NCBI GenBank assembly: GCA_910584035.1
Contig: CAJTZR010000002.1
Location: 1 to 52,341 of the forward strand
Direction: 5' to 3'
Source: an uncultured Christensenella sp.
GTDB lineage: Bacteria > Bacillota > Clostridia > Christensenellales > UBA3700
Length of the DNA stretch: 52,341 nt
In this document: positions 39,401-47,869 of the stretch, in pieces
How the letters are laid out: the number at the start of each line of letters is the position of its first letter
Position numbering within the stretch: position 1 is the first letter of the stretch
Notes under the pieces: model-generated
What the model was told of the DNA's origin: nothing
Databases searched by the model: none
The model's input: the letters and a program-made list of their open reading frames with translations, nothing else
Position numbers and translations under genes: made by a program

Positions 39401-40696
39401 ACCTTGCTTTTGAGTCATTTCATTGATAGAATTGATAGTGCTGAAAATAGATTTACCAACACTATTCAAAGTTTTTTCTATTGTGCCATTAACATACTTG
39501 CTATCTGCAGTGTAAAGAATTTTTTGAATAGTTTCCTCTTTGATTGAGTTGATTCCTAGAGTAGGAGCTTTGTCAACCTCTGGAGTAGTATTAGCAGTTA
39601 TGTAAATGCTCTTTGGCAATAGTGAAGGGATTAGATTTTTAAGGAAATCAAAACCTTGAAAATCAAAGCTAGATAGAATTTCCTTTACCAATGTATTAAT
39701 TTTAACTTTTAGGATAACAGAAATAGTGCTTTCACCATTAGCATTTTTCTTAATATTGCATTGTGCAACGGAAATACTATTTTTAATAGAAATGTTGTAT
39801 TGAGATACTAACTCTTGAACCATTGGAACTGAATCAATGTTAAGTATAACTTGTTGCATAACAGCAGCTAACATTTTGTCAGTAATTTCCCAAACAGGAA
39901 CAGCACTATTTGCATCAAAATCTTTTAAAGTTGAAAAGTCAAACTTTGTATCTGCAAGTAGCTTGTCCAAATACTCGTTACCAGTTAGTGAATTGTTTTC
40001 ACTGGGAACTGGGTCACCAGACTTGTCAAGTAGGTCAGCGACAGAAGATGTTTCGCTACCAACGCCACCTTTGCTTTGAGGTATTAGCTCTAGCAAATCA
40101 TTGATATTAAGCGGTGAATCTAGATACATAGCTTTTTGCAAGTTGTCAAAAAAAGCTTGGCCGTCATTAACAACATCATAATTTTGAGGGAAAGCATTAT
40201 CGTCAACTTTGTACAAGCCACCAATCAAATCGCCTAGCTCAATCAAAGTAACACCAGTAATTGGTTGTACATATAAATGGTATCCGCCAAATACAGCAGT
40301 AAATGCTAAAACAAAAAGCAGAGCAACAGACATCAAGCAACATTTAAAACCAGTATGATTGCTTGACAAATCTCTATGACGATAGTCATATAACTTTTTA
40401 TGTTTTTTCTTAAGATGTTTAAGCTTCTTTTCCTCACTTTTAGACAAAGGAGCTTTAACGCTATTACTTTCCAAGCGATTAATCTCTTGTCTGTATTTTT
40501 CCTCCTTTTTAGAAGGCTTTGGAACGTGCTTTTCTTTCCAATTAGCGTCTTTTATGGCTTTTATGTCATCTTCAGACAAAAGCTCTGCATCGCAAAGAGA
40601 TGAATCATTATTAGTGACCCATTCTTTGGTGTTACGCTTTTTCTTCATTTTTGATGGATTTTGTTCAAAATTGCTTTTGTTAAATTGTCCACTCAT
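36479..40696 (-). CDS. Giant (1405-aa) N-terminally membrane-anchored surface protein, no recognisable domain
   Basis: Uninterrupted 4.2-kb ORF. A Lys-rich ~115-aa cytoplasmic head is followed by one TM helix (CCLMSVALLFVLAFTAVFGGYHLY) and a ~1260-aa extracytoplasmic region. That region includes an acidic Gly/Asp/Ser/Pro linker (TTGGDGSEGGDGGSGSEPENPGPVDPDGGDSGDSGES). I start at ATG 40696 (AAGGAGAG SD inside the plsY end) rather than TTG 40702. Confidence 0.7.
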   Translation of the reverse strand: MSGQFNKSNFEQNPSKMKKKRNTKEWVTNNDSSLCDAELLSEDDIKAIKDANWKEKHVPKPSKKEEKYRQEINRLESNSVKAPLSKSEEKKLKHLKKKHKKLYDYRHRDLSSNHTGFKCCLMSVALLFVLAFTAVFGGYHLYVQPITGVTLIELGDLIGGLYKVDDNAFPQNYDVVNDGQAFFDNLQKAMYLDSPLNINDLLELIPQSKGGVGSETSSVADLLDKSGDPVPSENNSLTGNEYLDKLLADTKFDFSTLKDFDANSAVPVWEITDKMLAAVMQQVILNIDSVPMVQELVSQYNISIKNSISVAQCNIKKNANGESTISVILKVKINTLVKEILSSFDFQGFDFLKNLIPSLLPKSIYITANTTPEVDKAPTLGINSIKEETIQKILYTADSKYVNGTIEKTLNSVGKSIFSTINSINEMTQKQGIVIAPSTEETANGEIKLDLLTTALRQMNVTNVTSTDFLLMVKHMHTVDFDYADINSYINANVTNPTSKEAFSNSVTSLFATYGIDEKFCKDITPDNFLDKIETIPEHINIKSKFEDDYIYNYTNDQLAEKAKLSDAALAQIINTTIGEKLGEEFKMEILELTLTEKTIDMIAYIDIASIIKTQVGNQLGALEPLIMSIFPKNVYIKVIVPMDKNGELKTDIIFNYTKDESSDNKSDSDKMFETIEKLIAGLTADKEDGSNNSVGGIGNDTLSKFTKENLINKLNSAIYPALETIVPPTGEEPEDMHIGFIKGGLQLPTIYEILANVLNEGETETANKMSAEVIQNTMAGYYNYDEETKFDKNNGQIINKLDTTYLTGETGFIKRELNGKFFYKNNIASTDVFKTLKELGSNITAGNLANTFDLARIKANMNDATDGNFAITALELAKLIEQSGNLSTIKDIGFYKNFKFVDMSVDETKNTLSLRMAGTLDKNAQGIAGIKLENFAADYLVVSAIISLNDYSTTIKINAADDGQIDNLLKLINKIIKTDGAGADFDKTTVANNIGETIKTSFEDFANQGIALVATDEAVKIPVNGETNGFTSTNLYQLISKNISGDNYQEGDTGETLRSVIYKLNNLPKKDGGEYSYTSVTMNPLTGSDGKFDVTNSEGATQTKFLYEILENTDNTFSIKIYDGYIGQQIKKAVDNATTKLTKFGLFCNNSIGEANSVSDFRNVVADLGLVDFSDADTSKDIVPRNLIETAPNGLLFMHFEMSNSLIGGNDLANVILPEKIYGGTFVVLNNGMADLTSATKYTFINNLNTDETSYLNNLMTPPTTGGDGSEGGDGGSGSEPENPGPVDPDGGDSGDSGESTPTTRTTQINVKSALDAMVDLILSDAVRFSINLETDQYIYAPTALQNIKLADLLANRFSLADANVEGFEMQLYCYGVFVNNAVPASDIQIKPQTDDTTYDISIL

Positions 40697-40698
40697 AT

Positions 40699-41355
40699 TC
40701 AACTCTCCTTTTTACTATCGTCATCTGTATCTTCCTTGCCAAACAAAGATAGTGAGTTTTCTGTGTTGTTTTTTATCCGTTTAAAATTGCTCCTATGTGT
40801 CCAGAAAATCAAACCTAGCCACAAGACAAGCAGAATAAGGCATACATAGTAATAATTATCCCTCACCAAACAATTACGAATAATGTTTGTTACAACCAAA
40901 ATACAAATTGCCATTAATGACCCGATAAAGCCTTTTTTGAAAAATGCAAGATACCCAATCATAAGCGTAAACGCTACAGCAAATGTGATAGGAGAGATAA
41001 CTGCAAATGCACCAAGACTTGTTGCCACGCCTTTACCCCCCTTGAATTTGGAAAAACAAGAGAAGATATGCCCCAATACAGTGGAAAGACCAAGTACATA
41101 CATTGCAAGATTATTATCCTTAAAAACAAATCTGCCAATTAGAGCAAAGACTATACCTTTTGCACAATCAAGAACAAATGTCAAACAGCCCCAAAACTTG
41201 CCAACGGACCTAAGCATATTCATAGTGCCAGGGTTGCCAGAACCTAAATGTTTGATGTCCTTATTTTTTATCTTAGCAATAATTGTGGCAAAGTTTATAC
41301 TGCCAACAATGTAACCAAGTGGTATAAAAATTAAGTAATAGTATAAGTCAATCAT
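40699..41355 (-). CDS. plsY: Glycerol-3-phosphate acyltransferase PlsY
   Basis: 218 aa with GYIVGSINFA and HLGSGNPGTMNMLR motifs and a KGGKGVAT motif. Its TGA stop lies 2 nt before the giant gene's ATG. Confidence 0.9.
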   Translation of the reverse strand: MIDLYYYLIFIPLGYIVGSINFATIIAKIKNKDIKHLGSGNPGTMNMLRSVGKFWGCLTFVLDCAKGIVFALIGRFVFKDNNLAMYVLGLSTVLGHIFSCFSKFKGGKGVATSLGAFAVISPITFAVAFTLMIGYLAFFKKGFIGSLMAICILVVTNIIRNCLVRDNYYYVCLILLVLWLGLIFWTHRSNFKRIKNNTENSLSLFGKEDTDDDSKKES

Positions 41356-41398
41356 AAAAACTCTAATGCGTAATAATTTATTATAATAATCTATGCTA

Positions 41399-41427
41399 AT
41401 TATAACACATTAATTAAGGTGTGTCAA
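41399..41427 (-). promoter_or_regulatory. Putative sigma-A promoter of plsY
   Basis: Minus strand reads TTGACA (41427-41422), 17 nt, TGtTATAAT (-10 at 41404-41399). It ends about 43 nt upstream of ATG 41355. Confidence 0.6.
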
Positions 41428-42375
41428 CGTATGATAGGCTATTAAAATAATTTTTTCTACTTTAAATGGAAAATATTGTTTGCTACACCCACAAATTTAG
41501 GCAAAAAATGGCTAGAATTCTCTTGAGCGTACAATTTTGATTTAAAGTGGCATTAAAATTTTTAAAAATTTTGTCGCAAAAACAGCCGCCGTATTTTGCC
41601 GTCTGCAATTAATTTTATGCAAATATTGCATTGATTGACACAATTATATATCAAAAATCGCACCTAAAGAGAGTAGAAATAGAATACAATTAATAGTTGT
41701 TTGAAAAATATGATTACTTATTTGTTGAAAAATAGATACCATTGAAAAAATAATAATGCGTTAAATTAAAACTATATCATAATGTAATGATACATTTTCA
41801 AATCAACAGCTTATCCGCTAAACAATATAAAGAGAGGTTCTTGTACAATTACATATAATTTAAATACAACATTTTTTACTTTAAAAGGCAAAGAGTTTTT
41901 TTGTTATTATTTACAACGGGAATTGATATCTTTGTATCCAAGTAAATTGAATTATTTTGCTACAAAAGTTTGCAATTGTTGGACTATCATATGTGGTGCT
42001 TTTACAAGGTGAATTTAGTTATTATTGTGCTTTAAACTAAGTGTTTTTGCAAAATAAAATATAGATTATTGCTGTTTACTATAACTACACTATTATATAA
42101 TATATAATAAAGAATATTATTTTAATGTAGATACCATTCAAATATACAGAATTAATTTAAAAAAACTAATTCAAAAACACTTTAGAATATTCCTAAAACA
42201 ATTTAGTCAAATTAAAATAATATCCCTAAAAGCATCTTTGTGACATTGAATTATGCTTTAAAAAGGGTAGTGGGTGTGTGTATTTTTTAGAGTGATTTAG
42301 CAATTGATTTACTACAAGAATTAAACTTGATACATTGAATATTTAGGTTAAAGTTACTTGAGTAGATTGCTTAAT

Positions 42376-42444
42376 AAAAAACCTATTATGTAAATTCAAT
42401 TATGCGATTTTAAATAAAAGTCGCATATGTTTAAGAGGTTTTTT
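42376..42444. other. Orphan nested hairpin (bidirectional terminator-like) in a gene-less spacer
   Basis: The outer stem pairs AAAAAACCT (42376-42384) with AGGTTTTTT (42436-42444). The inner stem pairs TATGCGA (42401-42407) with TCGCATA (42421-42427). Confidence 0.45.
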
Positions 42445-42599
42445 ATTAGTAAAGATATAAATTGAAAAAGACATAAAAATCAATGATTTATTGCTATAAA
42501 AGTGAGTTTATACCGATTTTCGTAGCATATTTTGCTATTTATTGTGCTGTTTTAGCTCTATATTTAAAACTTGTAACATTAAAACAAAGTAAAAAATAC

Positions 42600-42628
42600 A
42601 ACAAGATGCCATAAATTGACATCTTGTT
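42600..42628 (-). terminator. Terminator-like hairpin, minus-strand orientation
   Basis: AACAAGATG (42600-42608) pairs with CATCTTGTT (42620-42628). On the minus strand it is followed by TGTATTTTTT. It lies about 480 nt downstream of the lepB stop. Confidence 0.45.
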
Positions 42629-43105
42629 TGTAGATAAAATATACTATTGTTTTACAATAAAAATTTAAGCTGTGTGAATTTGTAAATGATTAAAAATTTA
42701 TGAATGATAAATACCCATTATTTGTATGCTAAAAAAGTCACAATATTCTGCCTATAATTGCTATCGTTTTTGTAATGGTTTGCTCAGCATTAAAGCTATA
42801 TTTAATGTGAACCTTATTAGATATTTTCAATGGCTATATGGTTAAGCAAATATAATTTGTATTGTTGCCTTATCCAATGTTGTAGCAATCTTAAGTGGAA
42901 AATATGGCATTTTATATCCATTAAAAATTAAACAAGTAAATTTTAATAAATTGCTAATTTTTTAATTTGGTTTGTTTGATTATTTATCAAAAATCATTGT
43001 ATATTTTCAATCAAATTTTATGCAAATGGATAACACTATTTAAAAATTTACTTGATAGGCTATTTATTTTTTTGCAATGTAATTTTATAATTTTTTTGTT
43101 TGTTT

Positions 43106-43711
43106 TTATTTAAGACCAACCATTATTCCCATTATGTCTGACTTATAAATAGGACCATAGTTTCTACAATCAAAGCTATTTGTATAATTGTCGCCTATTG
43201 CAAAATATTGGTATTCTCTTAACGTATGATAATGTTCTCCCGCTACAGCCGTTGTTTTTGGTAAAAGATTTTTTAATAGGGCAAATTGGTCATAAGAGAT
43301 ATAAAATTCTTTACTTGTTTTATCACTATAGTTAACTATTAATTTATTTTCATTAAAAATTATTACATCACCTTCAACAGCTATAACTCGCTTAATAACT
43401 TGTTTACGAGGGGCTGACGCTGTACGTGGTGAAATGAATGCTATAATATCACCAACAACTGGGTCCCTATGAATTTTGGAAATGTAAACTTTTTGACCTT
43501 CATAAATGGTTGGGTTCATAGAACAACCAACAACATTGTATGGAGTGCATATGTATTCCAAACACAAATATACAGTTAGTATAATTGCCAAAATCACTAA
43601 TAAAATTACAGTGATAATTTTTTGGTTTCTAGTTATAAAAGGCAAATCCTCTTTTTTGTTTGCTGTGTTTTCTTCTTGATTTCCCATATTGTTAAATTTA
43701 ATGTTACTCAT
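43106..43711 (-). CDS. lepB: Signal peptidase I
   Basis: 201 aa with an N-terminal TM helix and S26 boxes GCSMNPT, GDIIAF, IKRVIAVEGD and GDNYTNSFDCRNYGPI. AGGAAG SD. Confidence 0.87.
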   Translation of the reverse strand: MSNIKFNNMGNQEENTANKKEDLPFITRNQKIITVILLVILAIILTVYLCLEYICTPYNVVGCSMNPTIYEGQKVYISKIHRDPVVGDIIAFISPRTASAPRKQVIKRVIAVEGDVIIFNENKLIVNYSDKTSKEFYISYDQFALLKNLLPKTTAVAGEHYHTLREYQYFAIGDNYTNSFDCRNYGPIYKSDIMGIMVGLK

Positions 43712-44038
43712 TATTACTTCCTACAATTGTTATTTTTTATAATTTTATGAGATACTAGATTTTTTTGCCCGAATTTTATTTGCCTTATATTTAAAATCTG
43801 TAAATTTTCTTAAATTCTATATCAATACTTTTAAATAGTGTAGTATTAGATATTTGTTGTTAGGTAATATTTTAGCTACTATTTTTTTAAATCAAATGGT
43901 ATTTAATTATAATTTTTGTAAAATGGTTTGCAATCATTTTAATTCCAATTAAAACAAAATGTCTTAAGCCACAATTAAATAAAAATTTACAATTCATATT
44001 ACCAACTTTGCCATATACTTTCCGCAAATTACATATTT

Positions 44039-44233
44039 TTAATTGCAATTTGAAGTTTTTTGTATATATTTTTTGACTATTGAGGGGAACTTGTTTCTAT
44101 CCAACATAACTATATGCCCACATTTGTCACATTGAATTTTTATGTCACAACCTACACGAATAATTGTCCAACTATTACCGCCACAAGGGTGTACTTTTTT
44201 TGAAATTATTTTGTCACCTAAATTATATTGCAT
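44039..44233 (-). CDS. DUF951 family protein
   Basis: 64 aa. GDKIISKKVHPCGGNSWTIIRVGCDIKIQCDKCGHIVMLDRNKF matches the DUF951 Cys4 pattern. It starts 1 nt after the upstream gene's stop. Confidence 0.7.
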   Translation of the reverse strand: MQYNLGDKIISKKVHPCGGNSWTIIRVGCDIKIQCDKCGHIVMLDRNKFPSIVKKYIQKTSNCN

Positions 44234-44234
44234 A

Positions 44235-45896
44235 TTACACCCAAATTATATTGTTGAACAAAACTTTTTCGGCTTGACTAAATACCAGTGCTTTAATTTT
44301 TGTCCAAGATTTTATAGTGTGTAGTTTTTTGCTGACAAAAGCGGTGTTAGGTATTTTTATGCTTTGCCATTCGTCAGACGGAGGCAAATTCAATATTGCA
44401 AAATACGATTTTAAATTTATATCTATCAACTCCACTGTAATTTTACGAGGATTTGTCGTATAATAGTCAAATTGTAGCAATACTTCTTTTCTTGTGATAG
44501 TTTTTCCGTCCACATTATAACAAACCAAGTCGCCTCTATCTGTTGTTATTCCCTCAAGACCTAAAGCACCTTTTTCAAAATGAATATTTGCTCTATCTGC
44601 AAAGAAGGCATTTTCACGAGGGTAAAAAGCATTTGTCCCAAAGCCTTTGTTGAATATCATCCTATGATTACGAGGTGTTATTCTAATTTGTTGATTCAAA
44701 TCTCTAGGTTTTATTGTAACCATAGGTGAGGAGTACATTGAACCATTCCTATAATACACAGTACAAATTAAACTAATTTCCTCATCAATATCATAAACTT
44801 TTATTTTTTTACTTGCTGTGCCAACTAAGTCAGTATATACAGAATATCCCACCCAGTTACGTACGCTATCATTTGCATTACCATATGCAATGTGTATTTT
44901 AGCTTCCATTATATCGTCATAACCAATATCAAAATCTGCATATACCCAAATTGAATCTTCAAGTAAAATAAATCTACCTTTTGGTGCAATAACAGACTTT
45001 CTATTATTTGCAATATCGTCTATCCAGTTAAAAACTGTATACAATGCTTGTTTATACAAATTCTGAGAGCAACCAACAGATATACATTCGTAGTGCTTTA
45101 TATTATCTGGCAACAATTTCAAAGTGTCAGATAGTGAAGAGTAGGTATAGTTTCTATTATTTGAAGAACCAAGGAACAGAACAGGGCAGTTAATAAATTT
45201 AACATATGAGGGACTTGCACAACACAAAGTCCAAACATTCCTCTCTGCAAGTTTGCTGAGTGGTATTTCGCTATCTGTTGCATTACCATTGTATTCGTCA
45301 TATCCCGTGTTGTTGATAGGTATAATTCCGTCAAGGCGGTCATCCATACCTGCAACTTGCCATAAAATATTTGCTCCGTCATTTTGAGCGGTCATCAATA
45401 CTTTGTTAGGTTGTACAGATGGCGAAAAATTTCTTACAAAACTTATTACTTGTCTAGTGATTTTACACCAGTTAAAAAGACAAGTATTTTCCGCACCATA
45501 GTTGCAAGTGTTTAAATGGTCTTTTGCATAAATATAGTTGCAATATTCAAGACTATGAGGGTAGCGAGTATAGTGCTTAGATTTGCTTTTGCCAGCAATA
45601 TCAAATGTCACAACGTGAAAACCCGCTTGTACATAGTAAGAGATATAATTAAAGTCAACCATTTTGTCAAACTCTGGCACCATAATTACAGCAGCTTGAG
45701 AGGATGGCTTGTTTGGAAAATATATTTGAGTATAAACACGCACATCACCGTCTTGTTTGCTCAAAGCGGTGAAATACAATTCGCATAAACTCATATACCC
45801 CAAGTGCTTAAAACTAATTATGTTAGTGTTAAAGTTAGAGGTAGTAGGTTTAAACTTATTCCATAATTGTACTGGTGTTAAAATATGCTTTTTCAT
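44235..45896 (-). CDS. Hypothetical protein, N-terminal alpha/beta-hydrolase (AXE1-like) fold, C-terminal beta-rich domain
   Basis: 553-aa ORF with coding-like composition. Its N-terminal layout (YTQIYFPNKPSSQAAVIMVPEF...AGFHVVTFDIAG) resembles acetyl-xylan-esterase-type hydrolases. I cannot find a GxSxG nucleophile elbow. Confidence 0.5.
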   Translation of the reverse strand: MKKHILTPVQLWNKFKPTTSNFNTNIISFKHLGYMSLCELYFTALSKQDGDVRVYTQIYFPNKPSSQAAVIMVPEFDKMVDFNYISYYVQAGFHVVTFDIAGKSKSKHYTRYPHSLEYCNYIYAKDHLNTCNYGAENTCLFNWCKITRQVISFVRNFSPSVQPNKVLMTAQNDGANILWQVAGMDDRLDGIIPINNTGYDEYNGNATDSEIPLSKLAERNVWTLCCASPSYVKFINCPVLFLGSSNNRNYTYSSLSDTLKLLPDNIKHYECISVGCSQNLYKQALYTVFNWIDDIANNRKSVIAPKGRFILLEDSIWVYADFDIGYDDIMEAKIHIAYGNANDSVRNWVGYSVYTDLVGTASKKIKVYDIDEEISLICTVYYRNGSMYSSPMVTIKPRDLNQQIRITPRNHRMIFNKGFGTNAFYPRENAFFADRANIHFEKGALGLEGITTDRGDLVCYNVDGKTITRKEVLLQFDYYTTNPRKITVELIDINLKSYFAILNLPPSDEWQSIKIPNTAFVSKKLHTIKSWTKIKALVFSQAEKVLFNNIIWV

Positions 45897-46106
45897 ATCT
45901 CTCTATTTATGTGTAAGTTTTTATTACATATTCGTTTTTGTTACCTCTGCTATTTGCTAAAGATAATATATAGTTATTTTAACATTATTATAAAAAATAA
46001 TCAAGTATTTATTAAAATAAAATGATTTAGTAGTCAAAACAAATTGCATTTTATGTTAAAAAATCAGTACTAAATTTAAAATTTTTAATAAATTAACAAA
46101 AAAGCG

Positions 46107-46140
46107 TTGTAATTTTGTCAAAATGTAGTATAATTAAAGA
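46107..46140 (+). promoter_or_regulatory. Putative promoter abutting the start codon of the 163-aa gene (leaderless geometry)
   Basis: TTGTAA (46107-46112), 16 nt, TATAAT (46129-46134), TAAAGA, ATG (46141). Confidence 0.45.
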
Positions 46141-46632
46141 ATGGTAACTTTTGACAGAAAAAGCTTAATAGAATCACAAAAGAATAAATTAGACCGCATT
46201 TACACAGACATAAATTTCTTTGTTTGGTTGGGGTGGGTTATTACTACAATTGTATCAATTGTGGTAATGTGCTTTTTTTCAATCGTAGCTGGACTTTGGC
46301 TTGAAGCGGTTGTAGTTTTTTGTTGTTCAATGTATTATATGATGATGTCTTTTGTTAAAGAGAGAATGGCTTTAGGCTATTACCAAAAGGCAAAAAGTAT
46401 CACTGTTAGTAGCATAAAAGAGGGACTTGTCTTTAAACAAGTTACCAAAGATGATGAAAAAGATTTTTTGATTGCATATAGCGATATAAACAGAGTTTTT
46501 GAGCATAAGACTTTTATAGTAATAATGCTAAAAAGCGAGGGTAAAATCACTTTGCCAAACTTGCCAGAAGCAGAGGAAATCAAGCAGCTGTTAAAAGATA
46601 AATTGCATAGTGCATATTTGATTTTAAATTGA
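46141..46632 (+). CDS. YcxB-like membrane protein (2 TM + bPH-like C-terminal domain)
   Basis: 163 aa. Two adjacent TM helices (FFVWLGWVITTIVSIVVMCFF / VAGLWLEAVVVFCCSMYYMM) are followed by a ~80-aa soluble domain, an architecture typical of YcxB-family proteins. Confidence 0.45.
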   Translation: MVTFDRKSLIESQKNKLDRIYTDINFFVWLGWVITTIVSIVVMCFFSIVAGLWLEAVVVFCCSMYYMMMSFVKERMALGYYQKAKSITVSSIKEGLVFKQVTKDDEKDFLIAYSDINRVFEHKTFIVIMLKSEGKITLPNLPEAEEIKQLLKDKLHSAYLILN

Positions 46633-46640
46633 AAAAACAA

Positions 46641-46656
46641 TCAAAAATCGGTACTA
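46641..46656 (+). repeat. Copy of the intergenic 16-mer (TCAAAAATCGGTACTA)
   Basis: One mismatch to the 9745 and 17461 copies. It begins 9 nt after the upstream stop and ends 3 nt before ATG 46660. Confidence 0.6.
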
Positions 46657-46659
46657 AAT

Positions 46660-47583
46660 ATGGAAAATTTACGTTTATTTGATAAAAATCTAAAGGGTTT
46701 AGCGTTAAATTCGCAGTGCAATTGTTGCCCAAGACAATGTAATGTTTCAAGACAAAAAAGCGTGGGCTATTGCAAAAGCAAAGGTCTTAGGATAGCACGT
46801 TTCGGGTTGCATATGTGGGAAGAACCTTGTATTAGTGGAACTCGTGGTTCGGGTACAATTTTTTTCAGTGGTTGCTCCCTAAGATGTATTTATTGCCAAA
46901 ATTATGAGGTGTCACAATTATCAAAGGGTTATGACATTTCAGTTAATGAACTTGTAAATATTTTTAAACAGCTTGAGGATATGGGGGCAAATAATATCAA
47001 TTTAGTAACGCCAACACATTATGTCGATTACATAATTATGGCACTTGATATTTATAAGCCGTCTATCCCCATTTGCTACAATTCAAGTGGTTACGAAAGT
47101 GAAAGCACTATTCAAAAACTTGCAAAATATGTGGATATTTTTTTGGTAGATTTTAAGTATATTCAAAAGAATTTGAGTATTGATTTTTCCTCAAGTAATG
47201 ATTATCCCGAGGTTGCAAAGTCGGCAATACTTGCTATGAAAAAACTTGTTTCAAACAACATTTTTGACAGCAATGGGATAATGCAAAAAGGTATTATCGT
47301 AAGGCATTTAGTTTTGCCAAATTGTTTGCAAAACTCCAAAGATATTGTGCTTTGGATAGCTCAAAATTTGGGCGTGGATACAATTGTATCAATTATGAAT
47401 CAATATACGCCTTATGGCACAGCAGTCGGGCATAAAGTAATTGGCAGAAAGGTTAAACCTCTGGAATATAAACTAATTGTAAGTTATGCGGAAAAACTTG
47501 GGTTTACAAATGCGTATATCCAAGATAGCGATAGTGCTGACGAATGTTATATTCCGCAGTTTTTTGGTGATAATGCTTATTAA
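46660..47583 (+). CDS. Radical SAM protein, PflX-type (pyruvate formate-lyase activase-like, COG1313)
   Basis: 307 aa with an N-terminal Cys cluster (CNCCPRQCNVSRQKSVGYC), HMWEEPCISGTRGSGTIFFSGCSLRCIYCQNYEVS (the CxxxCxxC radical SAM motif in its PflX context). No SD is visible. Confidence 0.8.
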   Translation: MENLRLFDKNLKGLALNSQCNCCPRQCNVSRQKSVGYCKSKGLRIARFGLHMWEEPCISGTRGSGTIFFSGCSLRCIYCQNYEVSQLSKGYDISVNELVNIFKQLEDMGANNINLVTPTHYVDYIIMALDIYKPSIPICYNSSGYESESTIQKLAKYVDIFLVDFKYIQKNLSIDFSSSNDYPEVAKSAILAMKKLVSNNIFDSNGIMQKGIIVRHLVLPNCLQNSKDIVLWIAQNLGVDTIVSIMNQYTPYGTAVGHKVIGRKVKPLEYKLIVSYAEKLGFTNAYIQDSDSADECYIPQFFGDNAY

Positions 47584-47584
47584 A

Positions 47585-47755
47585 TTGCGTTTTAAGAGTT
47601 AAAATATTTTGTCAATATTTAAGAATATAATCGCTATAAAGGAAAAAAAATTGTTGCCATTTAAGAGCTAAAAAATTATTTACTAAAATATTTACTATTT
47701 AAGAGCATACTCCTATTTAAGATTTAAAATATTTTTGCCGTTATTTAAGAGCTAT
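47585..47755 (+). repeat. Iteron-like array of six TTTAAGAG-centred direct repeats
   Basis: TTTAAGAG/TTTAAGAA/TTTAAGAT at 47591, 47618, 47660, 47698, 47716 and 47744. Most copies are preceded by TTG(Y)C..(T)A and followed by CTA or TTAAAATATTT. Confidence 0.55.
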
Positions 47756-47869
47756 ACTGGTTACTGCATATTAAATTAATTAAGCTAGTAATCAATCACA
47801 AGAGTTGAGTATTAAGGTGTTCGTTGCTATTTTAGATTCAAAATGGTTTTGTTGGTATTAAATGAACAA

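Noticed and set aside
42631-43105. Small minus-strand ORFs downstream of lepB (for example the 34-aa MDIKCHIFHLRLLQHWIRQQYKLYLLNHIAIENI and the 22-aa MPYFPLKIATTLDKATIQIIFA)
   Set aside because: They have no SD, their composition is typical of random AT-rich ORFs, and no motif is present.
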